From Bacteroidaceae bacterium (GTDB taxonomy: Bacteria; Bacillota; Clostridia; Oscillospirales; Oscillospiraceae), in assembly GCA_963626425.1 (NCBI GenBank), contig CAVFYN010000171.1, positions 1 through 34,888 of the forward strand: 34,888 bases of DNA. The letters run 5' to 3'. Shown one piece after another: positions 10,454 to 18,925 of the stretch. The notes below the pieces were generated by a model that had not been told where the DNA came from, searched no databases, and saw only the letters and a list, made by a program, of their open reading frames with translations. Made by a program: the position numbers and the translations under genes. Within the stretch, counting starts at the first letter, position 1. The number at the start of each line of letters is the position of its first letter.

Positions 10454-10564
10454 GCGATCATCTCCGGAGCATGATTTGCGTACAATATAGCATATTTTGC
10501 GTTTATCCTGCAAGCGCGGTCTGCTAAAATAATGAAAATCAAAAAACGCAGGAGGTCATCCGTC

Positions 10565-11428
10565 ATGGATCTGACACTGAAAAAATACACCGGTCTCGGC
10601 AACGATTATCTCATCTACGACCCGAACAAGGCCGGCGAGGGCCTGACGAACGCGCACATCCAGCTCGTGTGCAACCGCAACTTCGGCCTCGGCTCGGACG
10701 GCATCCTCGTCGGGCCGCTGTTTGACGGCGGCAAGATCTCCGTGCGCACGTTCAACCCCGACGGCAGCGAGGCCGAGAAGAGCGGCAACGGCCTGATGAT
10801 CTTCGCGCGCTACCTCAAGGAGGAGGGCTACGTCTCCGGCCAGACCGTCACGATCGGCACGCCGGGCGGCGAGGTCTCGGTCGAGTATCTCGACGCGCGC
10901 GCCGAGACCATGCGCGTGAACATGGGCCGCGTGAGCTTCTGGAGCGACGACATCCCCGTCGTCGGCGAGCACCGCGAGGTCGTGGACGAGCCCATGCAGT
11001 TCAAAAACAAGGAATACCGCGTCACGTGCGTCACGACGGGCATCCCGCACTGCATCGTGCCGCTGGACAACATCTCGCGCGACCTCGCGTGCGACCTCGG
11101 CCAGCGCATCGAGTGCGCCGCGCAGTTCCCCAAGCGCATCAACGTCGACCTCATGCAGGTCATCGACCGCAGCAACATCGCCATCGAGTCGTTCGAGCGC
11201 GGCGTGGGCTACACGCTCTCGTCCGGCAGCTCGGCCTGCGCGGCCGCCGCGGCGGCGCACCGCCTCGGCCTGACGGACGCGTCCGTCACGGTCCATATGC
11301 CCGGCGGCGCCATGAGCGCCCGCTGCAACGACGACGGCACGGTCAGCATCGTCGGCTTCGTGCGCGCCATCTGCGAGATGACGATGAACGAGCACGACAT
11401 TAACCGTATGCTCAGTCTGGAGGACTGA
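10565..11428 (+). CDS. dapF: diaminopimelate epimerase-family (DapF-fold) protein, non-canonical active site
   Basis: Start at MDLTLKKYTGLGNDY (AGGAGG 9 nt upstream). Family motifs GLGNDY, FNPDGSEAEKSGNG and ERGVGYTLSSGSSACAA are present. Both catalytic Cys positions read Ser (codons AGC and TCC). Confidence 0.8.
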   Translation: MDLTLKKYTGLGNDYLIYDPNKAGEGLTNAHIQLVCNRNFGLGSDGILVGPLFDGGKISVRTFNPDGSEAEKSGNGLMIFARYLKEEGYVSGQTVTIGTPGGEVSVEYLDARAETMRVNMGRVSFWSDDIPVVGEHREVVDEPMQFKNKEYRVTCVTTGIPHCIVPLDNISRDLACDLGQRIECAAQFPKRINVDLMQVIDRSNIAIESFERGVGYTLSSGSSACAAAAAAHRLGLTDASVTVHMPGGAMSARCNDDGTVSIVGFVRAICEMTMNEHDINRMLSLED

Positions 11429-11432
11429 GCAT

Positions 11433-11612
11433 ACCCAAACGAGACCCGCTGCGCTGGGCTCTCGTTTGGAGGGGATCGCAGCCCGGCTGCGCGCACGCCC
11501 CGCGATGCGGGGCGCACACTTGCGGGCTGTAGAGTATTTTTCCCGAGGTACACGCCCTCGGAAAAAATAATTCTAATTTATTTGCGCCTGCGGGCGCAAA
11601 CTCTGCGAGGCT
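11433..11612 (+). repeat. four-hairpin intergenic element, family C, copy 1
   Basis: About 180 bp, nearly identical to 22875-23052. Hairpins at 11435-11469, 11479-11529, 11535-11568 and 11581-11600. Confidence 0.9.
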
Positions 11613-11628
11613 ATTGCGAGGCTTTTTG

Positions 11629-11659
11629 GAGCGGACGGGAACGTCCGCTCTTTTCTTTT
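11629..11659 (+). terminator. rho-independent terminator after family C copy 1
   Basis: GAGCGGACG-GGAA-CGTCCGCTC followed by TTTTCTTTT. Confidence 0.8.
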
Positions 11660-11711
11660 GCGTGGGAATATGATAGCATGGTAAAGAAATGATGCGAAAG
11701 GTGGAATTTTC

Positions 11712-12884
11712 GTGCCCGATGCGCGCCCGAAGCTGATCTCGAAGTGCTTTGTTCTTGTTTTCCTCGCCTCGCTGGGGCTCAATCTGTGTCAGAACATCCT
11801 CAACAACTCCGTGACGCTCTATGTGACGAGCCTCGGCCGGTCGACGGGGTTTGCGGGCTTTCTCGGCATCCCGTATGCGGTCATGGCCATTTTGATGCGC
11901 TTTGTGGGCGGCGACTGGGTCGACCGGCGCTCGCGGCGGTCGCTACTTGCGTTCGGGTGCTTTGGCTTTGCGGTGACGGCGCTTTTGTTCGGGCTTCTGC
12001 CCGCGGCGGGGTGCCTTGTGGCGCTGCGCGCGGTGCATGGGCTGTGCTTTTCGGCCGGGCAGCTGGCCGGGTCGACGATCAACGTTGACGTCACGCCGCC
12101 GGAGCGGCAGCGGCTCGGCATCGGCATCTACTGGGTCTCGTCGGCCATTTCGCTCGGCTGCGCGGGCTACTGCGTGACGCTTCTGACCGCGGGCGGCAGC
12201 TACGGGCCCATCTTCTGGGCGTGCGCGGGTGCGGCGGGGCTCGCTGGCGTGTGCGCGCTGCTGTGCGACTATGAAAAAAAGCGCCCCGCGGCGGCAGCGC
12301 ACGAAGAGAAAGACGCCTCGCGCGGCCTGCGCCGCTTCGTCGAGCCGGCGGCGCTGCGTCCGGCGGCGCTTATGTTCCTGATGGCCGCGGCCATCTCGTG
12401 CGTGAGCCTGTATGTGCTCATGTTCGCGCAGCGGGAGGGGTATGAAAACGCCGGGCTCACGCTCGTGTTCGCGACGCTCGGCATGGCGGCGGGCAATCTG
12501 ACGTCGGACTTTTTCCAGCGCAAGCTCGGCGCGATGTGGACGCTGACGGCCTCGTTCGTGCTGTGCGCGGCGGGGCTGGCGGCCATGGCGCTCGTGCACT
12601 CCATGGCGACGTATCTCATCGGCGGCGCGGCCTACGGGTTCATCCAGGGCATCTGCATGCCGGTGCTGTACTATCTCGCCGTGCACAAAATGCCCGTGCA
12701 CCGGCGCGGCGTCGCCGGCGGGACGGTGTACTGCCTGCTCGACCTCGGCGTCGGCGCGGGCTCGTTCCTCTGGGGCGTCGTCATCGGCAGGTTCGGCTTC
12801 ACGGCGACGTTTTTGTCGGCCGCGGCCATGCTGCTGTTCGCGGCGCTGCTGACGCTGGCGTTTTACGCGAGGGGTCCGCAGTAA
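11712..12884 (+). CDS. MFS transporter
   Basis: 390 aa with about 12 hydrophobic segments. GTG start with AAAGGTGG RBS. MFS-like loop motif GGDWVDRRSRR. Confidence 0.9.
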   Translation: MPDARPKLISKCFVLVFLASLGLNLCQNILNNSVTLYVTSLGRSTGFAGFLGIPYAVMAILMRFVGGDWVDRRSRRSLLAFGCFGFAVTALLFGLLPAAGCLVALRAVHGLCFSAGQLAGSTINVDVTPPERQRLGIGIYWVSSAISLGCAGYCVTLLTAGGSYGPIFWACAGAAGLAGVCALLCDYEKKRPAAAAHEEKDASRGLRRFVEPAALRPAALMFLMAAAISCVSLYVLMFAQREGYENAGLTLVFATLGMAAGNLTSDFFQRKLGAMWTLTASFVLCAAGLAAMALVHSMATYLIGGAAYGFIQGICMPVLYYLAVHKMPVHRRGVAGGTVYCLLDLGVGAGSFLWGVVIGRFGFTATFLSAAAMLLFAALLTLAFYARGPQ

Positions 12885-12920
12885 AAAAGCGCTCCGGCTG
12901 AAGGCCGGAGCGCTTTTTTT
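12883..12920. terminator. bidirectional rho-independent terminator
   Basis: GCGCTCCGGC-TGAAG-GCCGGAGCGC flanked by A6 and T7, between convergent genes. Confidence 0.88.
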
Positions 12921-14247
12921 CATATCAGCTGGAAGTTTGTCCACTTCTGGCTGCGCAGCCGGCGGAGAAAGACCGCGCCGCGCAGCACGAGGTCGAGGCT
13001 CATGCCGAGCGTCACGCCGACGGCGCCCCAGCCGAGCCACAGACCGAAAATGACCGAGAACAAAAGCCGCGCGCCGAGCGTCAGGCTGATGGACACGAGC
13101 ATGGTGAATTTCACGTCGCCCGCCGCGCGAAGGCCGTTTCCGAGCGGCCCGGCGAACGGGTAGGCGAGGCCGTTGAAGATGTTGTTGATGAGCACGAGCC
13201 AGATCGTGAGATCTTTCGCCTCCGGCGAGATGGCCGAGCGGCTGAGCAGCAGCGGCGTCGCGGCGAACACGGCCGCGTTCCACGCGACGCTCAGGACGAA
13301 TGTCCAGCGGTCCAGCTTCTTGAAATAGAAATTGGCCGCGTCGATGTCGCGTGCGCCCATGCACTGGCCGATGACGGTCGTGTACGCCGGCGCCATGGCC
13401 AGGCCCATGATGGCGGCCATGGACCAGATGCTCTGCACCACGCCGTTGGCCGCGATCTGGTACGTGCCGAACGTGGCGATCATGCTCGACAGGGCGACCT
13501 TCACGAGCTGGTGCACGCCGTTTTCCACGCCGTTCGGCAGCGCGACGCGCAGGATCTTCCCGAGCAGCGCGCCGTCCCACGAGAAAATGCCGCGCGCGGC
13601 ATAGCGCAGGAATTCTTGCGCGAGAAGCAGTACACCGTCACGGCGGCGGCCGACAGCGCCCGGGAGATGAGGCTCGGCACGGCCACGCCCGCCGCGCCGA
13701 GATGGAGCGCGAACACGCCGACGAGGTTGCCGGCGATGTTGATGACGTTGGCCGCGGCGGAGATGTACATCGTCACGTTCGCCTTCCCGATGCTGCGGCA
13801 GAGCGCCGCGCCGGCGTCGTACACGGCCAGAAACGGCAGCGAGAGCGCCGTGATGCGAAGGTACACGCGGCACGCGGCGAACACGTCCGCCTCGACGCGG
13901 CCGAAGAGCAGGCGGAGCAGCCCGTCGCTGAAAAGCTCCATCGGAACGGCCAGCGCGAGCGAGAGGAGCGCGGAGATCATAAGCAGCTGCCCGGACGCGC
14001 GCGAGGCGCTTTTTTCATCGCCGCGGCCGATGTACTGGCTGATGATGACCGCGCCGCCGGACGAGAGCGCCGTGAACAGGAACACGAGCACGGTGTTGAA
14101 CGAGTTGACGAGCGAGACGCCCGAGACGTCGGCCTCGCTCGCGAAGCTGACGGTGAACGTGTCGGCGATGCCGACGAGCATGAGCAGGAATTGCTCGACA
14201 AACAGCGGCCAGATGAGATGCCGCAGATCCCGGTCGGAAAATCGCAT
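12920..14247 (-). pseudogene. MATE-family efflux transporter interrupted by a frameshift near 13630-13645
   Basis: The N-terminal half (MRFSDRDLRHLIWPLFVEQ...AAVTV) is in one frame (track ORF 13501-14280). The C-terminal half (LLLAQEFLRYAARGIFSWDGALLGKILRVALPNG...) is in another frame (track ORF 12920-13873). Together they total about 440 aa, a normal MATE length. Confidence 0.8.
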
Positions 14248-14248
14248 G

Positions 14249-14800
14249 TCACACCTCGTATTTCCGCGCGAGCAGCGCATGGCACTCGTCCAGCATCCGC
14301 CGGACCTTGTCCATGTCCCATGTGCAGAAGCGCGTCGCGGTCATGGACGCGATGCCGTGCGCGTGCATCCAGAGCTGGTCGTGGAAGTTGTGCGCCTCGT
14401 CGTAGCTCAGGCGATAGCGCGCCTGAAGAGCGGCGATGGAGCGCTCTAAGATCGGCGCGAGGGCCTGGCGCGTCTCGGCGAAGGCGTTCGGGCGGAGGAA
14501 GAGGAACGTGAAAAGCTGCGGCTCGGCGTCGGCCGCGCGGACGTAGGCCATGGAGTAGAGCGCCGCGGGCGCGCCGCCGTTTTCGCGCTCCATGGCGGCC
14601 ATGAAGCACGCGACGGCCTCGGGAATGAGCGCCGCGCGCAGGCCGTCCATGCTGCCGAACGACTGATAGATGGGCTGCGTCGAGCAGCCGAGCTCCGCGG
14701 CGAGCGCCTTCACATTCACCGCCGCCGCCCCGCCGCGGCGCAGCAGCGCAAGCGCGGCGGACAGGATCTGCTCTTCCGTGATCTGTTTTTTCGCGGGCAT
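14249..14800 (-). CDS. TetR/AcrR-family transcriptional regulator
   Basis: Start at MPAKKQITEEQI (ATG 14800, GGAG 9 nt upstream). N-terminal HTH (LAAELGCSTQPIYQSF). The stop lies 1 nt before the MATE start. Confidence 0.92.
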   Translation of the reverse strand: MPAKKQITEEQILSAALALLRRGGAAAVNVKALAAELGCSTQPIYQSFGSMDGLRAALIPEAVACFMAAMERENGGAPAALYSMAYVRAADAEPQLFTFLFLRPNAFAETRQALAPILERSIAALQARYRLSYDEAHNFHDQLWMHAHGIASMTATRFCTWDMDKVRRMLDECHALLARKYEV

Positions 14801-14824
14801 TGGATCATCTCCAAAGAAAAACTG

Positions 14825-14846
14825 GTTTATCAATAAACGCGTTTAT
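14825..14846. promoter_or_regulatory. probable TetR operator (three alternating half-sites)
   Basis: GTTTAT-CA-ATAAAC-GC-GTTTAT forms two overlapping perfect 14-bp palindromes that overlap the -10 of the tetR promoter. Confidence 0.55.
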
Positions 14847-14873
14847 TTTATCGCGCCGCCCAGCAAATTGCAA
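14845..14873 (-). promoter_or_regulatory. promoter of the tetR-MATE operon
   Basis: Minus strand: TTGCAA (14868-14873), 17 nt, TAAAAT (14845-14850). Confidence 0.55.
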
Positions 14874-14885
14874 CCCCGAAACGAG

Positions 14886-14922
14886 AAAACCCCCGGATGC
14901 CGTTCGGCATCCGGGGTTATTT
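14886..14922 (-). terminator. rho-independent terminator after thiN
   Basis: ACCCCCGGATGCC-GTTC-GGCATCCGGGGT with T-runs. Confidence 0.85.
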
Positions 14923-14929
14923 TGTCAAG

Positions 14930-15553
14930 TCAGTGCCCGTCTGGCTCGTGGACGACGAGCAGGACGCCGCGCTCGGCCGTGACGCGGGCGGGTGTGCCGA
15001 CGAAGGCGTTGCTCACGCCGAGCGGGAACGCGGCGCGAAGCGGCAGGTGCTCGGCGCTGTACCACAGCCCCTCGAGCGTGACGACCGATTCGTCCGTCAT
15101 GGAAAAAACGGAAAGGCTGCCGGACGCCTCCGCGGGAAACTCGCGCGACGCGCCGCTCAGCGACCAGACCGCGCAGTCCGGGTCGCGCAGCTCGCAGCGG
15201 ATCCCGTCCGCGGCCAGTCCGGCCATGAGCTGCACGGCCGCGAGCGAGTGCGAAAACCGCCGCCCGCCGAGCGCGCCGAGAAAGAGCAGGTCATTGTAGC
15301 CGCGCGCGATCGCGATGCGCGCCGCGGCGGCCGAGTCCGTCTCGTCCTTCGCGACGGTCAGCGTGACCGCCTCGCCGCAGGCCGGGACGCGCCCGAGGCT
15401 GTCCCAGTCGCCGACGGCGATGTCGGGCGTCAAGCCCATGGCGGACAGATGCGCGCAGCCGCTGTCCGCGCCGATGAGCAGGTCGCCGGGGCGCTTTTCC
15501 GGCATGAGCGCGGGGGCGAACGCCCCGCCGCCGACGATGATGGCGCGCGCCAT
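14930..15553 (-). CDS. thiN: thiamine diphosphokinase
   Basis: 207 aa. IIVGGG...IGADSG...VGDWDS motifs of the TPK catalytic domain and a C-terminal thiamine-binding domain. AGGAGG RBS. Confidence 0.9.
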   Translation of the reverse strand: MARAIIVGGGAFAPALMPEKRPGDLLIGADSGCAHLSAMGLTPDIAVGDWDSLGRVPACGEAVTLTVAKDETDSAAAARIAIARGYNDLLFLGALGGRRFSHSLAAVQLMAGLAADGIRCELRDPDCAVWSLSGASREFPAEASGSLSVFSMTDESVVTLEGLWYSAEHLPLRAAFPLGVSNAFVGTPARVTAERGVLLVVHEPDGH

Positions 15554-15578
15554 GGCGGACCCTCCTTTTGCGGTAGAA

Positions 15579-16157
15579 TCAGTGCAGATCCGCGCCCGTC
15601 AGGTAGCGGCGGAGCGGCTTGTAGACAATGGCCTCCACGACAAGGCACAGCGCGAGGCTGATGAAGATGTACGAGGCGTTGTACAGGAAGGAATAGAACC
15701 ACGGCGTCGTCATCGTCATGTTGAAGAACGTCTCGGGCATGTACTCGGCCCAGACGGTCGCGCCGACGATGTAGTTCACGAGAAAGCGGCCGAACGCGCC
15801 GACGACGGAGCCGATGAAGAGCCCGCCGCGCTTGCCGTGGAACAGGCCCGCGAGGCCGAGCGCCGTGTAGGCGAGGATGTAGTCGCCGATGATGGACACC
15901 CAGCTGATGGCGAAGCCGCCGTCAAACATGAACTGTAGGCACGAGAACACGAAGCTCGCGAGCATGCCCGGGCCGAAGCCCCAGCGGACGCAGTAGACGA
16001 AAATGGGCAGCATGGCGAACGTGATGGACCCGCCGTTCGGCAGCTCGAAGAGCTTGAGATAGCCGAGCACCTGCGCCAGCGCGACGAACAGCGCGCCCTC
16101 GCACAGCGCGCGCACGCGAAGATGCGAGCGGGTCTGGGATGCGGATGTGGTGGACAT
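15579..16157 (-). CDS. thiT: thiamine ECF-transporter S component ThiT
   Basis: 192-aa, 6-TM protein, preceded by a TPP riboswitch and followed by thiN. Confidence 0.9.
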   Translation of the reverse strand: MSTTSASQTRSHLRVRALCEGALFVALAQVLGYLKLFELPNGGSITFAMLPIFVYCVRWGFGPGMLASFVFSCLQFMFDGGFAISWVSIIGDYILAYTALGLAGLFHGKRGGLFIGSVVGAFGRFLVNYIVGATVWAEYMPETFFNMTMTTPWFYSFLYNASYIFISLALCLVVEAIVYKPLRRYLTGADLH

Positions 16158-16189
16158 GAGAAAAACCTCCTGCGCCGCCTAATTCGGCG

Positions 16190-16330
16190 GCAAAAATCCG
16201 CATTGCAAATCAGAAGATGCAATGCGGACGGAAGCCTTGTCGCATCTTTTCCTACGCCGGTGTTGCCCGGATCAGGTTCACGGGTCAGGATGGCGGTTCA
16301 TCCACTCTCAGCCGGCTGCCGCCGGCCCCC
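16190..16330 (-). promoter_or_regulatory. TPP (THI-box) riboswitch with terminator expression platform
   Basis: Minus-strand aptamer (about 16246-16330): GGGGCC..GGCTGAGAG..GACCCGTGAACCTGATCCGGGCAACACCGGCGTAGGAA. Terminator CCGCATTGCA-loop-TGCAATGCGG + ATTTTT at 16191-16226. Confidence 0.93.
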
Positions 16331-16360
16331 CGAAGATCGATCTGTTATGCGGTTAGGGTC

Positions 16361-16389
16361 AGTATAGCGCGGATGGGCGGCGAGGTCAA
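16361..16389 (-). promoter_or_regulatory. promoter of the riboswitch-thiT-thiN unit
   Basis: Minus strand: TTGACC (16384-16389, overlapping the rluD stop), 17 nt, TATACT (16361-16366). Confidence 0.65.
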
Positions 16390-17294
16390 GCCTCCGGCGG
16401 GCCCAATTTGCGCAGCACATCGACAAAATAGTCCGGCAGCGGGCACGAGACGGTGACCTCCCTGCCCGTGCGCGGGTGGACGAACGTCAGCTCGCGCGCG
16501 TGCAGGCACTGCGAGCTCTGGCCGAGCTCCGGCTTTTTGTGGCCGTAGACCGTGTCGCCCAGGATCGGATGGCCGCGCCAGGCCAGGTGGACGCGGATCT
16601 GGTGCGTGCGCCCGGTCTCAAGCTGAAGGCGCAGGTGCGTATAGCCGCGGTAGCGCGCGAGCACGGAAAAGTGCGTGACGGCGGAGCGGCTGTTTTTCTC
16701 CGTGACGGCCATTTTCTTGCGGTCGGCCGGATGGCGGCCGATGGGCGCGTCGATCGTGCCGGAATCGTCGCGGACATTGCCGCAGACGATGGCCTCATAC
16801 GTCCGGCGCAGCGTGTGGTCCTTGAGCTGCGCGGCGAGCGCCTGGTGGGCAAAGTCGTTTTTCGCGACGATGAGCAGCCCCGACGTGTCCTTGTCGATGC
16901 GGTGGACGATGCCGGGCCGCTTCTCCCCGCCGATGCCCGAGAGCGAGTCGCCGCAGTGGTGCAGCAGCGCGTTGACGAGCGTCCCGTCCGCGTGGCCGGC
17001 CGCCGGGTGGACGACGAGGCCCTTGGGCTTGTTGATGACGATGACGTCCGCGTCCTCATAGACGACGTCGAGCGGGATGTCCTGCGCCGCGATGGCCACC
17101 GGCTCCGGCTCGGGCAGCGTGAGAACGAACTCGTCACCGGGTTCCGTTTTGTAATTCTTCTTCACGGGCCTGCCGCCGCACGTGACGAGCCCGTTTTCGC
17201 AAAGCCGCTGCGCGGCGCTCCGCGTCAGGCCCTCGACCGCGCGCGAGAGCAGCACGTCGATGCGCTCGCCCGGCGTCTCAGACCGAATCGTCAT
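16386..17294 (-). CDS. rluD: RluA-family 23S rRNA pseudouridine synthase (RluD-like)
   Basis: Start at MTIRSETPGERID (ATG 17294), 17 nt inside the end of lspA. S4 domain plus the HRIDKDTSGLL catalytic motif. Confidence 0.92.
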   Translation of the reverse strand: MTIRSETPGERIDVLLSRAVEGLTRSAAQRLCENGLVTCGGRPVKKNYKTEPGDEFVLTLPEPEPVAIAAQDIPLDVVYEDADVIVINKPKGLVVHPAAGHADGTLVNALLHHCGDSLSGIGGEKRPGIVHRIDKDTSGLLIVAKNDFAHQALAAQLKDHTLRRTYEAIVCGNVRDDSGTIDAPIGRHPADRKKMAVTEKNSRSAVTHFSVLARYRGYTHLRLQLETGRTHQIRVHLAWRGHPILGDTVYGHKKPELGQSSQCLHARELTFVHPRTGREVTVSCPLPDYFVDVLRKLGPPEA

Positions 17295-17775
17295 GACGTT
17301 TGCGCTCCAGCCGCTTGGCTTCGTCCTTGCTGTAAAAGAAAATGATATACACGCACAGCAGCGCGGCCCCGCACGTGAGGAAAATGTCCGCGACGTTGAA
17401 CACCGGAAAATGCACGAATTCAAACTCGAACATATCCACGACATACCCCAGCCGCAGCCGGTCGATGAGGTTGCCGAGCGCCCCGCCCGTCACGGCCGCG
17501 AGCGTCAGCACGCCGAACGGATGCGTCACATAGCGCTTTGCCAGCGCAAGCACGATGAGCGCGACGACCGCAATCGTAATGACCGCGAGCGGCCAGCGCT
17601 GCCCCGTCAGGATGGAAAACGCCGCGCCGGTATTTTTGACATACGTCAGCCGGACAAGCCCCGGGATAAGCGCCGCCTGCGCCCCCGGCGCAATGTTCGC
17701 CACGACAAGATATTTCACAAGCTGATCCAGCCCGATCACCACAGCGGCCAGCAGGCCGGCAAAAACATAGAGCAT
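17278..17775 (-). CDS. lspA: lipoprotein signal peptidase II
   Basis: 165 aa, 4 TM. Motifs NTGAAFS and FNVADIF. Confidence 0.95.
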   Translation of the reverse strand: MLYVFAGLLAAVVIGLDQLVKYLVVANIAPGAQAALIPGLVRLTYVKNTGAAFSILTGQRWPLAVITIAVVALIVLALAKRYVTHPFGVLTLAAVTGGALGNLIDRLRLGYVVDMFEFEFVHFPVFNVADIFLTCGAALLCVYIIFFYSKDEAKRLERKRHDDSV

Positions 17776-17877
17776 GGTCGATCCCCCGGTTTTTCAAGTG
17801 GGATTATCATAGCACAGGGAGGGGGAAAAAGCAAACGGGGCGAGCGCAAGTTTGGACTGCGCCGCCGCGTCTGCACA

Positions 17878-18176
17878 GCGCCGCTTGCGGCATGCGCCTT
17901 CCGAAAGGCCCCCTTGTGTAAAGGGGGCTGTCGGCGGAGCCGACTGGGGGATTGTAGGGGCAGATTTTGCAGAAGGATTTGGTGAACGGCCTGCACCCTG
18001 TAGGGGCGACCCTTGCGGTCGCCCGTTCCCGTGTTCCGCAGTGAAGCCGCCGGGCGACCGCAAGGGTCGCCCCTACGGGAGCGTGCGTTTATATTGCTGC
18101 GGTACAAGCCCTTGAGCCTACAATCCCTCCGTCACGCCTACGGCGTGCCACCTCCCTTTACACAAGGGAGGCTTTG
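17878..18176 (+). repeat. palindromic intergenic element, family B, long copy
   Basis: Same left and right arms as 3238-3422, in the same orientation. The centre is replaced by a perfect 25-bp inverted repeat, GTAGGGGCGACCCTTGCGGTCGCCC (17999-18023) / GGGCGACCGCAAGGGTCGCCCCTAC (18051-18075). Confidence 0.88.
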
Positions 18177-18202
18177 GCGCGACGGAAATTCGATGCCGCG
18201 CG

Positions 18203-18231
18203 CAAAAACCACCCCGCCGTCTGGCGGGGTG
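18203..18231 (-). terminator. rho-independent terminator after the nitroreductase gene
   Basis: Minus strand: CCACCCCGCC-AGAC-GGCGGGGTGG + TTTTT. Confidence 0.85.
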
Positions 18232-18247
18232 GCTGCGGCAAAAAAAC

Positions 18248-18793
18248 TTACAGGAAGCTCACCGAGCCCTCTTTTCTCGGGGCGGCGGCGGGGGTCTCGT
18301 CGGCGTAGCCGACGGCGAGGGCGTAGTACGGGACGTAGCCCTCCGGGGCGCCGAGCTGGGAGACGAGGTCGGGGCGGCCTCCGTTCTCCATGCAGATCTT
18401 GAACGAGCCGAGGATACACGAGCCGAGGCCGAGCGAGTACGCGGCGACGGCCATGTTCTGCACGGCGTTGGCGCAGTCGGTCGCGCCGTCTTTGTCGCCG
18501 GAGACGACGATGGCGCACGGGGCGCCGCGCCAGCCGTCAAAGTCCGGGGCGCTGGCGGCCTCACGCAGGCGGTCGACGGGCGAGGCGAGCATGATCTCGC
18601 GGTTGGCCTCCGTGACGGCGTCCATAAACTGGCGGCTCGTCACGATCGTGAAATGCCACGGCTGGCGGCCCATGCCCGTGGCGGCATATTCGCCGCATTT
18701 TGTGATGAGCTCAAGATCCTCCATGCGCACGGCGCGGCTTTTATACTTGCGGATGCTGCGGCGGCCGAGGATGCTGGTAATGGTTTCGTTCAT
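18248..18793 (-). CDS. nitroreductase-family (FMN) oxidoreductase
   Basis: 181 aa. N-terminal RRSIRKY motif typical of the family. Confidence 0.9.
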   Translation of the reverse strand: MNETITSILGRRSIRKYKSRAVRMEDLELITKCGEYAATGMGRQPWHFTIVTSRQFMDAVTEANREIMLASPVDRLREAASAPDFDGWRGAPCAIVVSGDKDGATDCANAVQNMAVAAYSLGLGSCILGSFKICMENGGRPDLVSQLGAPEGYVPYYALAVGYADETPAAAPRKEGSVSFL

Positions 18794-18925
18794 AACAAAG
18801 TACCTCCTTTGATGGTTGGCAGGTTAACAACCACAGTATACCACGGACTTTTCCCGTTGACAACTGCCCGCATCTGTGGCAAATTGAACGAAGGACGACC
18901 GCCGGATTTTGCGAAATCGCCGAAT

